DNA from: Balanoglossus misakiensis
Taxonomy: Eukaryota; Animalia; Hemichordata
DNA length: 64,000 nt
Direction: 5' to 3'
Assembly (NCBI GenBank): GCA_040954595.2
Contig: CM082581.2
Coordinates: forward strand, 10,291,099-10,355,098
Made by a program: the position numbers and the translations under genes. This document shows, piece after piece, positions 23,101-35,100 of this stretch. Each line of letters begins with the position of its first letter. The stretch's first letter is position 1. The notes under the pieces are model-generated. The model was not told where the DNA came from. It was given only the letters and a program-made list of their open reading frames with translations, and made no database searches.

Positions 23101-26100
23101 TTCACCTTGTACTTATTCAAAATACCAATCAATCATACACTTGAATATTAAATTAGACTTCAAAGAAGTTAACGTAATATGTTAGCTAGTATACAAATAG
23201 ACGACTTGATTGAGGTAGGTGTATCTACTAATTGGACAAAAATTACTTGGTGGTTTGGAATCTACCAATGACTATACTTGTGACAATTACCATTGCATTC
23301 AAATTTCCTTGATGGTGCTGTCAGCAGCAACTTCTCTTGCAAGTTGTATGGCCCTGCACATGTGGCAATGCCTGGTTCTTTGAAGCCTGATTTGACCCAG
23401 TCGGAAAGCCAGCGTAGACTACAGTCACAATATAAAGGATTTCCTCCAAGGGCTCTGAAGCATAAACAAGAAGAGCAGATCCCCAAATTAATGGAAAAAC
23501 ACTTGATTCTCCTTTACACTTTAACTTGTAAAAAAATAAAATATTCTTTGAGATAGATTTTATGGTTTAATCTAAAGATATAGTATACCGGTATATGCAG
23601 CTGTACGATTCCTTGGATCTGTGCTAAAAAGCAATAAATATGTTACTTACATATGACTTAGAGAGGACAGATCATCAAAAGACCCCTCTGGTAGGCTGGA
23701 AATGTCATTACCATGAAGAGACCTGCATCAAAGGAAAATTCATAGCATAATCATATGAATATCAACTAACAGATTTGCTTCAGAAAATCTACATCTGATA
23801 ACTCATAAAAAAAAAAAGAATTTAACAATTGAATTTTCTTTAAAAGTTTGAAGAAAAACTTGACTAGCTAAAGTAAGAGAAAATATAAGTATTTCATAAA
23901 ATAAAGAATAATAGATTGAAAAGACATTGTACAAGACAATTTTGAGCCAATATGGAAAACCAGAAGAGAGAATCTGATGGGAAAAACATTTCATGATTGT
24001 TGGCAGATCTACAGATAATGAGATCTGCAGACAGAAAGTACAGAAATATGTAAGAAATTATGAAGGATCAAGGTTGTCTTACTCAAAGACGAGAGAACAG
24101 CAGATTATTCAATACTTACAAAACCTTCAGTGAACTGAGTCCATGGAAGACTTCAGGCTTTATGCAAGAAATGTGATTATAGCTTAGCAGCCTAAAAGAA
24201 TCACATAATACCATTGGTCGTAGAAATTGGAGAGAGAAAAAAATTATTTGGCTGTCCCTGGGAAAGGAGGTACTTACAGAAGTCGTAGGGAATGTAGTCC
24301 TTGGAAAGTGCCAGGAGGTATGCAACCAATCTTATTGTAACTTAGGATTCTAGAAATATTGGGAAAGGGAGAGATGGGAAAGCATCTTGGGTTAACAGCT
24401 GTGAGGGACAAGCCTTATAGAATTTCTGAAAGAAATACCTGGTTAGTAAATCATATACAGTGAAACCTGTAAAATATATTCGCTGATGTCATCGTGTGTC
24501 AAACTGCACAATTCTGGTCGTTCCGTCAGAGCAGCATAGGGCATGCAGTTGTCTGTTAATTTAGGATCAAAATGTGCTTGTGCAGTTACAAGCTTTAGTA
24601 AGAAGAAGAGAATGACGTCTTTTGTCTGTCTTATGTGTCACCTATCAGAGAAGATGTCAAGTATTCTATGATTAAAAAAAATCTGTCATGTACAAAGACA
24701 GATCCTATTTTATTCATGTAAATACAACAATGATGTTACTCAGAGAAAATGATAAAAAAGGTATACTTACAGAGTAGACAATCTTGGTAGATTGGTGAAT
24801 GTTGTATTAGATATGGTTCTGATATCATTGTTACTCAAATCGCTGAAAGAAGAAAATAACATCATGAGTTCACGTGAACAATTGTATAAAATTAATGTGA
24901 ATCTTTCTTGAAGAAAGTGTGATAGAGTTTTACATTTCCAGTCCATGGTAATTATTACTATTGCAAGCTGTTAATATCTTCACTTACACAGTGACAAGAT
25001 TTTTCAAGTAACTGAGATTGGGAATTGTCTTCAACTGGTTAACATCCAGATACCTACAAAAATGGTAAAAGAAAACATGAATTACTTTACTTGACATAGT
25101 GTTGGGGATGTGGATGTTACATTGATAATTGATATCTTCAAAAGCTGAACACTTTACTGAAATGTCAGACTTACAGTTCAGTTGTCTCTTTTGGAATGTT
25201 AGTTGGTGGGTCGTGCAATTCCTTCTTGCTGCATCGTACAACAGTACCAGTGCATGCACAGCTCCTTGGACAAGTTGACGTTCTTGGCATACAGCTGTTG
25301 TCATCGTTGTCTGCCAGACAAATTTTAAAATCATAATCAGCAAAAAATTCTTGAGTTTATCATAATAAAAATGTTAGGGTTATCATGGGTTATCCTGAAA
25401 TTACAGTTGACAACTGACAAAAACAATACATATTCTTTCTTAGAAATCTTTAACTGAAGGGATTTGTTTTCATAACTGTCACTAAGAATGACACTATGCA
25501 TTTGGCAGGTAGGGTATTATGGACATCATCATTCAACAGTTCTTGCTGATAAGCCCAACATCCAAATCAGAAATGTCAGATATGATTTATATGAGAACTT
25601 CCAGCTGAACCAAACCTTATTATTCGCACGTAGTACAGTGCACGCAGTCACATTATAATGTTTTAATGGACGGTAAAAAACTCACTTTCACAGCTGAAGT
25701 CATTCTTCCTCAGATCTTGGATTGGAATTTCTCTGAGATCTGATGGGGTCTGACAGCGCGGGTTTCCAGTTACGATGCTGTGACTCTTCAACCACTCACC
25801 CAGCCAGCTCAGGTGACAATTACAGTTGAACGGATTCGACAGGAGATTTCTGAATATAAAGTACAAAAAAGCGAGAGAAAAAAATGACTTGTGGGTCACA
25901 CTGAGCACCTCATATTCTATGAATCATACTGATAATGACTTAATTGCCAATTAAAATAGAAGAAAAATGACAACTTACAGTGTTGATAGATCCTTGAGCG
26001 TATCAAATGAACCTGGCATTATCGTACTGATCTGATTATCATACAATGATCTGGCGGACAAAATAGAACACAAAATTGACAACTTAGAAATAAATTCGAC

Positions 26101-29100
26101 ATCTGGAAAAACAGTTATTGTGAATACCTCACGTTTACCTTCACTGATAGGTAAAGTCCTAAAAACCAGTAAAAAACATTTTATTGGAATTTGCATTGAT
26201 TTTATTACATCTCATCAAAACTTCAGTTATGTTTACAGTTTTTCATACAGTTCTTCACACATTGAGTAGCTGTGACATATCTACTTTTTTTGCAATGAGA
26301 AGATGAAAGAAGAAATAATGCACTTCAGAATAGTTCAATCTGAGTAAAATCCGTTGTAGAGATCTGCTCAATTTTTATCTGCTATATGTTACAAGGAGAT
26401 CAACATCTCTACGTCTGATTTTAGTCAGATTGAGTGCTCTGCATAAAAAGACATACTTACAGCAAGCGAACATTGGTTAAACTTCCAAATGTGTCATTCT
26501 TGATGCAGGACAAACGATTACTGCGTAACATTCTATGGAAGTGAACATGGCATTGATGTTACATACTGTAAAAGCATTTTTGGATCATTTTCACTTGGAT
26601 TTATTTTTGCTCTTTTGATGTTTGAGGCACATTCACGTTTTTAACCCTTTCACCCCCTTTATCTGTACACAGGTCCAATTTTACCAGTAAAAACAATGAG
26701 GTTGGACCATACTGTGACAGTGAAAGGGTTAATTTCAAAGATTTATCAAAGAATGAGCTTATACAAATTGCTGTGCCAGGATACTGACTGTGTCATCACC
26801 CACCAAAAAATGACAAAATGAAATCCAAGCGAAAATCAACGCTTTTACAATATCAGCAAATGGAATAATCACACTATTATTAAAAGCATGAACGCCAGTA
26901 GAGAACTTCCAATATGAGAGCCCCAGATGTTCCAAGCGGGCAGTCTAGGTCATGCTACTTGCATATATGCACGCTAATGGTCACCGGGAAGGAGCTATCC
27001 GATTCTACTTAACAGCGACTGGCAACAGACCAGTGATTTCTCACTGATCGGTAGCTAAGATAAACGGTATTGGGTGGAGTCTGGTAGGAAATTTACAGTG
27101 GTCGTTTTTGGATAGGTAAATTAACTCTGCAGTTAAGATTACTTTGCAAACTGATTTCTTTTCCCTGCATGGATGCATTTTAAGATTACTTTTATGTTTT
27201 TTTTTCATGGACTGCTGGATGGTTGGGTGGAGTTTATAATCTCTAAAATTATGAGGGAATGGATGAGGTTTGATTGGAAAGTTTATTGAAAGGGAAAATG
27301 AAATTTGGAAAGTAAAGTGTATCACTATCAAGCACTGTTGGATGATGTCGCCATGACACACAACATGCAAAAGGAAAGGCAGACACACCTTAGAGGAAAC
27401 ATTTCAAAACACACAAACAAATGAAACCCAAACCAAAAAATTCTGACACCTTTCATGCAAAAAAATATGAACAAAATAAACTTCTTTCAGCTCAGTCCTT
27501 CTAAACCCAATTTTTGAGTACAACGGTCCAACACACCCTTAGAACTGAACAGTGGGTTGGTACCACAGTACTCATAAAAAAGGGGTGGAGGGCTGCCATC
27601 ACCAAAGTACCCTTGTGTCTGGTACTTACAGGGTTTTCAAATTTCTAAGTCCGACCAACATGCTTCCCTTTATGTTACCGAGCTTGTTACTAGTTAATAG
27701 CCTTCACAGGTTGCAAGAGTAACATAGAAAGCAAAATATGAGCGAAAAAAATAATTCAACATTAAAAAGAACAGAAATGAACTATTATCACCATAGCAAT
27801 ACAATAACACTATTTGTTTTAGCTTTATATGACATCAAAGATAAAGATATTTTACATTGTTTCACACCAATATCTTTTTCATTTAACTTTTTTTTGAAAC
27901 ATTACATTAAGTAAATGTTACATACAATCAATATCTTAGACAAATTAAAAAGTTTATAACTGTGAAAAGTGCTGTGTTGGTTCTGTGTTAATTAATGTAG
28001 TGTGCACAAATTATTAAAAAGTCCCATCACCAAAATTATTTCTGATATAAGAAATTATGACTGGATTTATGGAGATGTTTTGGAGTCAGTTAGCATCGAA
28101 ATAGCTTGCATCGGGTTAATTAAACTGCATCATGGATCGTCGAACTATAAGGCCCTATCCACAGTGTGGGCGATTTTAAATCCTCAGCACGAACTTTCTA
28201 TGAATTCACATTTGGGAAAATGTTTTGACATTAAGATTGTGGTAGCAGCCTTCTTCAGGGAGTACCGCAGAACAACAAGGATTTTCTGTGCATTTCTTCC
28301 CTCTCTAGTGGTACTAAGATTCACACCAATATTTCCATCACCACGGAAATTTGTATTGAAAAAGTAATTTTTGAAAATAGCAGTGCTGAAGCAATTTGTG
28401 CATCCGACTAGTCTGCTAGAGTGACGGGCCTTCTATCATCACTCACAACAACAGTACCCTATAACCTCTGTAACATTAAAGGTGGTTTGCCAGCTAAGTG
28501 AGATTGTAGCATACTCTTGTTGACATGTTTGGTGGTGTATGTGTAATTCTGATATATAATCTAAGATCTTATGTAAAAGAAACATTGTAGATTGGATCAT
28601 AAAAAACTATTTGAAAATTTTCAAGGAACAGTGCTATTCTATGAATGACACCCATAAATGATAACTCACAAGTCTGTTAATTGTGTGGCACCGATAAAGG
28701 CTCCATCTTCAATATTTGCAATCCTGTTATTTCGAAGATCCCTGGGCAAAAAGAAATAGACGCACAAGATTACTACCAATATGTACCACCAATTATTGAT
28801 GCCAAGTTGCTGAGAATTCTTGTACTCTGTAGACTTTACCGGTAAATTCTTCTCAAATGCTGAAATTTTATTGTTTTAAATCAAGCTACTTACAGTTTTC
28901 GAAGTTCAGGAAGTCGAAGAAACAGACCATTTGCTGGAATCTCACCAATCTCATTGTCATTTAGACGCCTGCAGTGGTAAAGGAGAGATGAAATATAAGA
29001 AAATGTTCTGAACTTAGATGCTGATCTCCAAGTTGTCCCAGTCACCAACTAACTATCTTAGGTACATTTGAATGTTGAGAAAAGAAAGAGAAGCAAAGAG

Positions 29101-32100
29101 AGTTTGATGGAGTATGACAATGTGAAGTTGACTCACAATTCGGTGGCAAAAGCTGGGATATCATCTGGCATTTCTTTGAGTCCAATTGCTGAACAATCAA
29201 TGACACTGCCTTCGCACAGACACTGGGCTGGGCAGTCAGTAGCAATGATGCACTCACCAGCGTGCTTAGTACGGAACTCTTCTGATCCTGAATCACAAAG
29301 CACATGAAGAAAATATTGCAGATAGGAAAAATATGATCTCTGTAAGACCACCTGTTAACACTTTTAAAGTTACCACTTAAAAATATATAATATATATGAA
29401 AATTTATAAACTATGCAGTGTACTAACAATGAAACTAAACACACAATTGTTTCTCTCTGTTTGTTTATTTACTTGTCCACGTGTCTAAATAACTTGGGTC
29501 ATACAGTCAAGTAAATTAAACTTCTTATACCTTTACACTTGAATTTGACTGCTTTGACTTGGCCAATTCTCTTGTTATTCATCCTCCTTGGATTTTCACA
29601 TCTTGCACCACTGGTTTCAATTCCAGGGTTGTTGTGTAAGTATTCTGACAGCCATTTTAAGTTGCAGTCGCAGATAAATGGGTTCTTGGCCAAATGTCTA
29701 TAATTTCAATAAGAAAGACTTTAAGCTTTATAGATAACAATTTTACTATAGAAGACTACAATGCTAATATTAATTCTGAGAGTCATTTATCAAAATTTAC
29801 AATTTGTCAGTTTACGAAAACTTTATCCCCTTATCCATTGGGTTACAGACTTGAAGATAATTGAAACAATTTTGTTAAGACTGTCTTTGGCAAGATGTGG
29901 AGAAAGCGCCCTCTGTTGACAACGCAACACGTTCTCCCCAGTTTTCGCCTGTAAATCACCCCATTGATGTGGTAATCGCGCATTAAAGAAACAAACATTT
30001 CAAATTATGATGTCATTTTGATGAGTCTAAAAGCCTACCCACCCCCCTGCACATCGTGTGTGGTTCTCCATTTCATTTCCTAAACTTGTTCATTTTGCTT
30101 TCTGGCGGGTCAATATTTGGACAGTACCCCAGCAGCTCCATGGGGATACTGGGCCGACAAACAGTAGCTATGTATGGTAGCCTAAGCACAACAATTTCCA
30201 CTTTTGTGAGTGCTTCCTCAGGAGAGTGAGATCTATAACAGAACTCCTATTGTGGCTGCTTTTGAGGGCCTTTTACTGCACTATAAAGTCATAGCAACTT
30301 ATTTACAATCGGGCCTTACAAATTTCTCAGCAAATTGGTGGGCAGAGTGATGGAGTATGCGGTCTTCAATGACTGTACATGAAGACCTATGACTTAGTGT
30401 TAACTGTTTCTCAGTAAATTCACCCACTTACAGAACTGGGCAGTTTTAGATTACTACTTGTACAAAGTGCTTCAACTGACTGGGAGGAATTCTTCCCAAT
30501 GTTCCTGCCTCATTTCCCAATAGAAGACCACCCCCTCCACCCCCACCCTTTCCCTAGTCAATACAGCGGGATAAAAACTTTAGCGAGGTGGAAGAGCACT
30601 GAAGTTATCCATATGTAGAAACCAATCTTATATTCTCATTTAACATCACAATTTTACACATACCCCCTACAGTTCATTATAAATAGCACATACAGTGACA
30701 TAAATGTAGCAATCTGATACGATATTTACTGTGCGTTGCCTTTTTTTAGTCTCAGACGTGTTTTATGTAGTATACACAATAGGGAAATCAACTATCCATG
30801 TAAACATAGCTGTGAACTGTTACTGTAGGTTGGGGGAAACCACACAGAAACTTTACTTTTAATCTGGGAGAGAGACTTTAACGTGTTTGACACAAGGGCA
30901 CAGACAGCAACTTCTAAAGGTCTCAGAGAAGAGAAAAAAAACAACACTTCCGGCCAAAGAAAATAACCACAGGCAAGGCTTTGATTCTTTGTGAGTTGGA
31001 GCCACATGAAAGCGTACTGTTTTTGATTGTACATACTGGCTGACCGTAATACTGTTAAAATGTACCCGGATATCTGACTTGTATGCTAGTAATACAATCA
31101 ATCCCATGAATACTGAAAATGCATACGTTCTCAGAGTGACAATAGGATGATATTCTGCTTGGCAATCAAGGTATATTGGCCGGACCATCCATCAAGTAAA
31201 AACACAATGCACTTGAGACAGATTGCAAATATCTATGACCGTAAATGTGTTTTGTTCTCTTGGCTGTGTGTCTGGTAATGAATGTATGCAAATAGCAGGG
31301 CTGTTTCTGCACCAGAAGGTGTGCGCTGATACTGGATAAGATGTTATTGATGACAACAGTGATGAAAGAGATTACGTGATGAGTCATTCTAAAACATCTC
31401 TCTCTCTCTCTCAACCCATTTTCATGGCAGCGTAGCGACTTTTTTGGGGGATAATTGGAACACAATGCATATCTACAAAAACAATATAATTGTACAACAA
31501 ACGATGTATAATTAATGGGGAAATGTACAAAGTGGCCCTAAAACTGGCAACAAGAACTGCGTTACTATTTAGTTTGCCTCAACAGAAATGAAAGAATAGC
31601 GGGATTGTATATAATGGGTCTTTTGCCAAACTCTGACGAAAGAAACTTCCCTTAATCGGCACATTCTTTCAGTTTCTTTGGGAACAGATTTGCTATACAA
31701 CTGATCCACTAATTAGGCAGTTTAAACTCTGTCAACAGGAAGGGCAAGCCAAGTACGGGGTCTCACCGAGGCTGATTTTTCTTCTAGGGCTTCACATCAT
31801 ATTGTTCCAATCTCCTACCCCTTTTCGTTTCATTGCAACCTGCTTAAAAGGTGTGAAAATTTGATGGGATTTTTGAAGCACAGAAGTACAGAGATGGAAA
31901 TTTCGGTCCGTGATTTGACTTCGCTTGAATGGCATTAGGCTTTGCAAGATTTATGGTTGGTTGATCTCTTTTGTCATTTTGGCAAATTGGATTAGTCTGC
32001 CTTTTATGGACCTTGTACCATTGAATTTCAATGGCACAATGCGAGACGGTAATCGCTCCCGCTGTACATCCCGACGTCCTCCACTTGATCTGTCCGTCCG

Positions 32101-35100
32101 AACAGCCTTTTGCTGGCACAAGCCGGCTGAATTGAGCCCTCCCCATAAATCGTCCGTCCAGTGTTGGCACTCAACAACACTACTTTGTCATCTGAAAGCA
32201 GCCACTAAATGGACTGGGCGGCCAGGTTTCCGCGACAACACAATATGCAAATGCTACGTATGACTCGAAGGGCTACCGCCGAGGCAATAAATAACACCCA
32301 TGAATGGGCTCCACATATTCCAAAGTACTGGACGAAATAGAAGCGAGACCGTGATGGTACTTTTCATGTACTTGACACAGACTTAACAAAAATGTTTATT
32401 TCATGAACACTGACATCCACTTGTTAAAAGAAAACAGACAAATGAAGAAATTGTGTTTCTTTTTTCCCCCTTACTATGTGCGAATGGTCAGGATAATAAA
32501 GATAACTGTAACAATTGTAAGGCATTTGGTAAATACGGCATAAAATACTTGAAATTGTTGGTATGCAAATTCAGATCAGAGCTTTTGCTCCAGGAAAAAC
32601 TGTATATAGAGAAGGAAAATCAGAAAACAAAAAAAGACTGAAGTACTTACAGTGTCTGAATGCTAACCAGGGGTGTGAAGGTATTATTTGCGATTGACTG
32701 AATGTTATTGTCGTATAAAGACCTGTAAAGTACAGAATAAGAAACCGGATTTAAGACAGGCATTTAAAAAAAAGCTCTTGAGAAGTATTTTGTATCATCT
32801 GATAATTACTTCCAATCGCTTACATCCGTGAGTGTTAAACTGTGTTTCATAACCAGGTTGTTTTCGAAGCTCAATGGGCATTTGCTGAAAGCAAGTGGCA
32901 TTGATAGGAATGTAGCATCATGCCAATGGAGAGGAACAGAAGGTACGTGCCGAGCCGAGGCACCTGTTGGCTTATCTTCTGCTGCCAAATTATTTTAGTC
33001 TTTATGATGCATTGCATACAACACAGTCTCAAGAGACTGTCTGTTGCTTGATGATTTTAAATTATTGAGTACATTTGAAGTATGTGTGAAAACAAACAGA
33101 CGGTAAAGTTATAGAAAGGTGAACTTACAGCAAGTTTAAAGCTGTCAAATCTCGGAAGCTATCTGCACGTAGACAGGAGATCTTATTAGCATTCAACAGT
33201 AGCAACTGCAGAGATGACAGTCCCTTGAACAATCCAGATGGTAACTCGGTAATCTTATTGCCATATAACACTCTGAAATGAAAAATATCCCAGCCACAGG
33301 TCACATTCCAACTTCCTGTTTCTGAAAAGAGATATCTTGGCAATGCCTTTAAGCTGCCATCCACAATCATGTTATATTTCACATCTTCAGTTTAACACGT
33401 TTCATCAATCATCCTGACCATACCGTTATACAGAATGTCTTTTTAACCCCAAGCTTGTACAGGAGATGTTATTTGTCTCAGACAAGTACAGTTGATTAAC
33501 AGGATTGGTTTAACAACTGATATGAATGATTAAAACAGTTTTAGGGGCTTTACAGGCATGAAGTCAAACAGCACTATGAATTGAAAAACTTTGAAAACAA
33601 GTTTTCAGACAGATTGTCTGAAAAATTCAGTGAAATATGGGGAGTTCACAGTACTTGTTTGCCACAACACGGCCAGCTGCTGATTCGTTTGGTCGTTTTG
33701 AAGTTAATTAGGTTCAAAGTTTTGTTACGCAAGTTGTACAGGTCACTGGTCATGTCAAGAATTTCAGAACTTAACTAAAATTTACTCCAAGCCGACATCG
33801 GGGAGTCAAACGAGGACAATAATTTTCGTACATCAGCTACAAAATTTCCTCCTATGAAACATGAATGTTATTCTAGATCCAGACATAACATATGATGTGG
33901 ATTCATGCTTCCTTTAACCATTCATAAAATGCACAAACAACGTTGACATGCAAATATCATCTTTCCTTTCTGACTGCATTCTAAACGTTTTTATTTATTA
34001 GCGTGTTTTCGCCACAAGATGAAACTGAGCATTATACTTACAGCGATGTCAGTGACCTTAAACCACTGAATGCATCGTCAGAAAGCTCCGATATCAAGTT
34101 ATTGCTCAAGTCACTGAAAAAGAACAACATTATAATTTCTTTCTTTATATTTGTTGTATTAATGCATTGAAGAGTTACAAAGTTTTTTGGATCACTAGAG
34201 TATGAAAAAGTTGAACCACACTTTTTCAGAATAATGGTTGTACATGTATCTTAAAAGACAACTTACATTCTTCTGAGTTTCTTGTAGGCAGTGAAGGATC
34301 TTGACCCAAATTTTGTGATCTGATTTTGTTCCAGTCTCCTGTTAAGAACAGTAAAAACAATATGAGAAATAAATTTGAAGGAGAAATGTCAATCTATTAT
34401 ATGTAAAAAATCTTACACTTCCAGAAAAAAAGACAATCACTGGATGTCCCCATATGAGTCCAAGATTGTTTTCCCTGATTCACAGGAAAATGTTCCAAAT
34501 GAGTCAATCCAAGATTTTCTTCTTCTTCTGACAGAGTGATTTAAATCATGTGATGATGTACAACACTAGTGTTTACCATCACATTCAGTTTTGACACAGT
34601 TGGGCAAAAGTTTAACGCTATGTGATGGATTACAGGTACTGAATTTAACAGTCACACAACAGGGTTGAAGTTAATTGATCTAATTACATGATGTTGTTAC
34701 AACAGCGACTACAACTGGTTGGTGTATTTTATCAGCATGATATTGTCCATCTTACAACTGGTTTTCTTTTTCCCCTCGGGTAATTTGAGACCAGGGTCCC
34801 TACTTGGTACCAGTGACCTGACAATATGCATTACTCTCGGATCACTTGCTCGGTACAGTGCCGCCTGCTATCTCTGGTCCGGGTCTTTCTTTGGACAAGA
34901 AACACAGACAGCGGCCGGCGAGAGCCCAGCATGCGTTGACACGTTATAAAAGCGCCGGGCCAGTGTATAAACCTCTCAGACGCAATCCAAGCATTATGCG
35001 TGTAGCTTCAGTTCAATTCAGGTCTCGTTTCCACATCACTGGATGTGAATTCCACTGCGGCGTGGATGCAAGCTAGAATTTGATGTGTTTCAGGATTGTG

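Noticed and set aside
26051-26158. Upstream in-frame acceptor or 20-nt microexon (26139-26158) before the SLYDNQ exon
   Set aside because: The extension would add a non-LRR hydrophobic peptide and the microexon would frameshift; the canonical 72-nt exon is complete. Chance is likely.
32013-32039. Hairpin beginning UUGUGC on the Slit sense strand as a possible miR-218-like precursor
   Set aside because: The stem is only 13 bp with almost no loop and does not extend; it is more consistent with a DNA palindrome.
34550-34642. Second C/D-box-like arrangement
   Set aside because: Antisense to Slit, with no terminal stem and no guide sequence that I can recognise.
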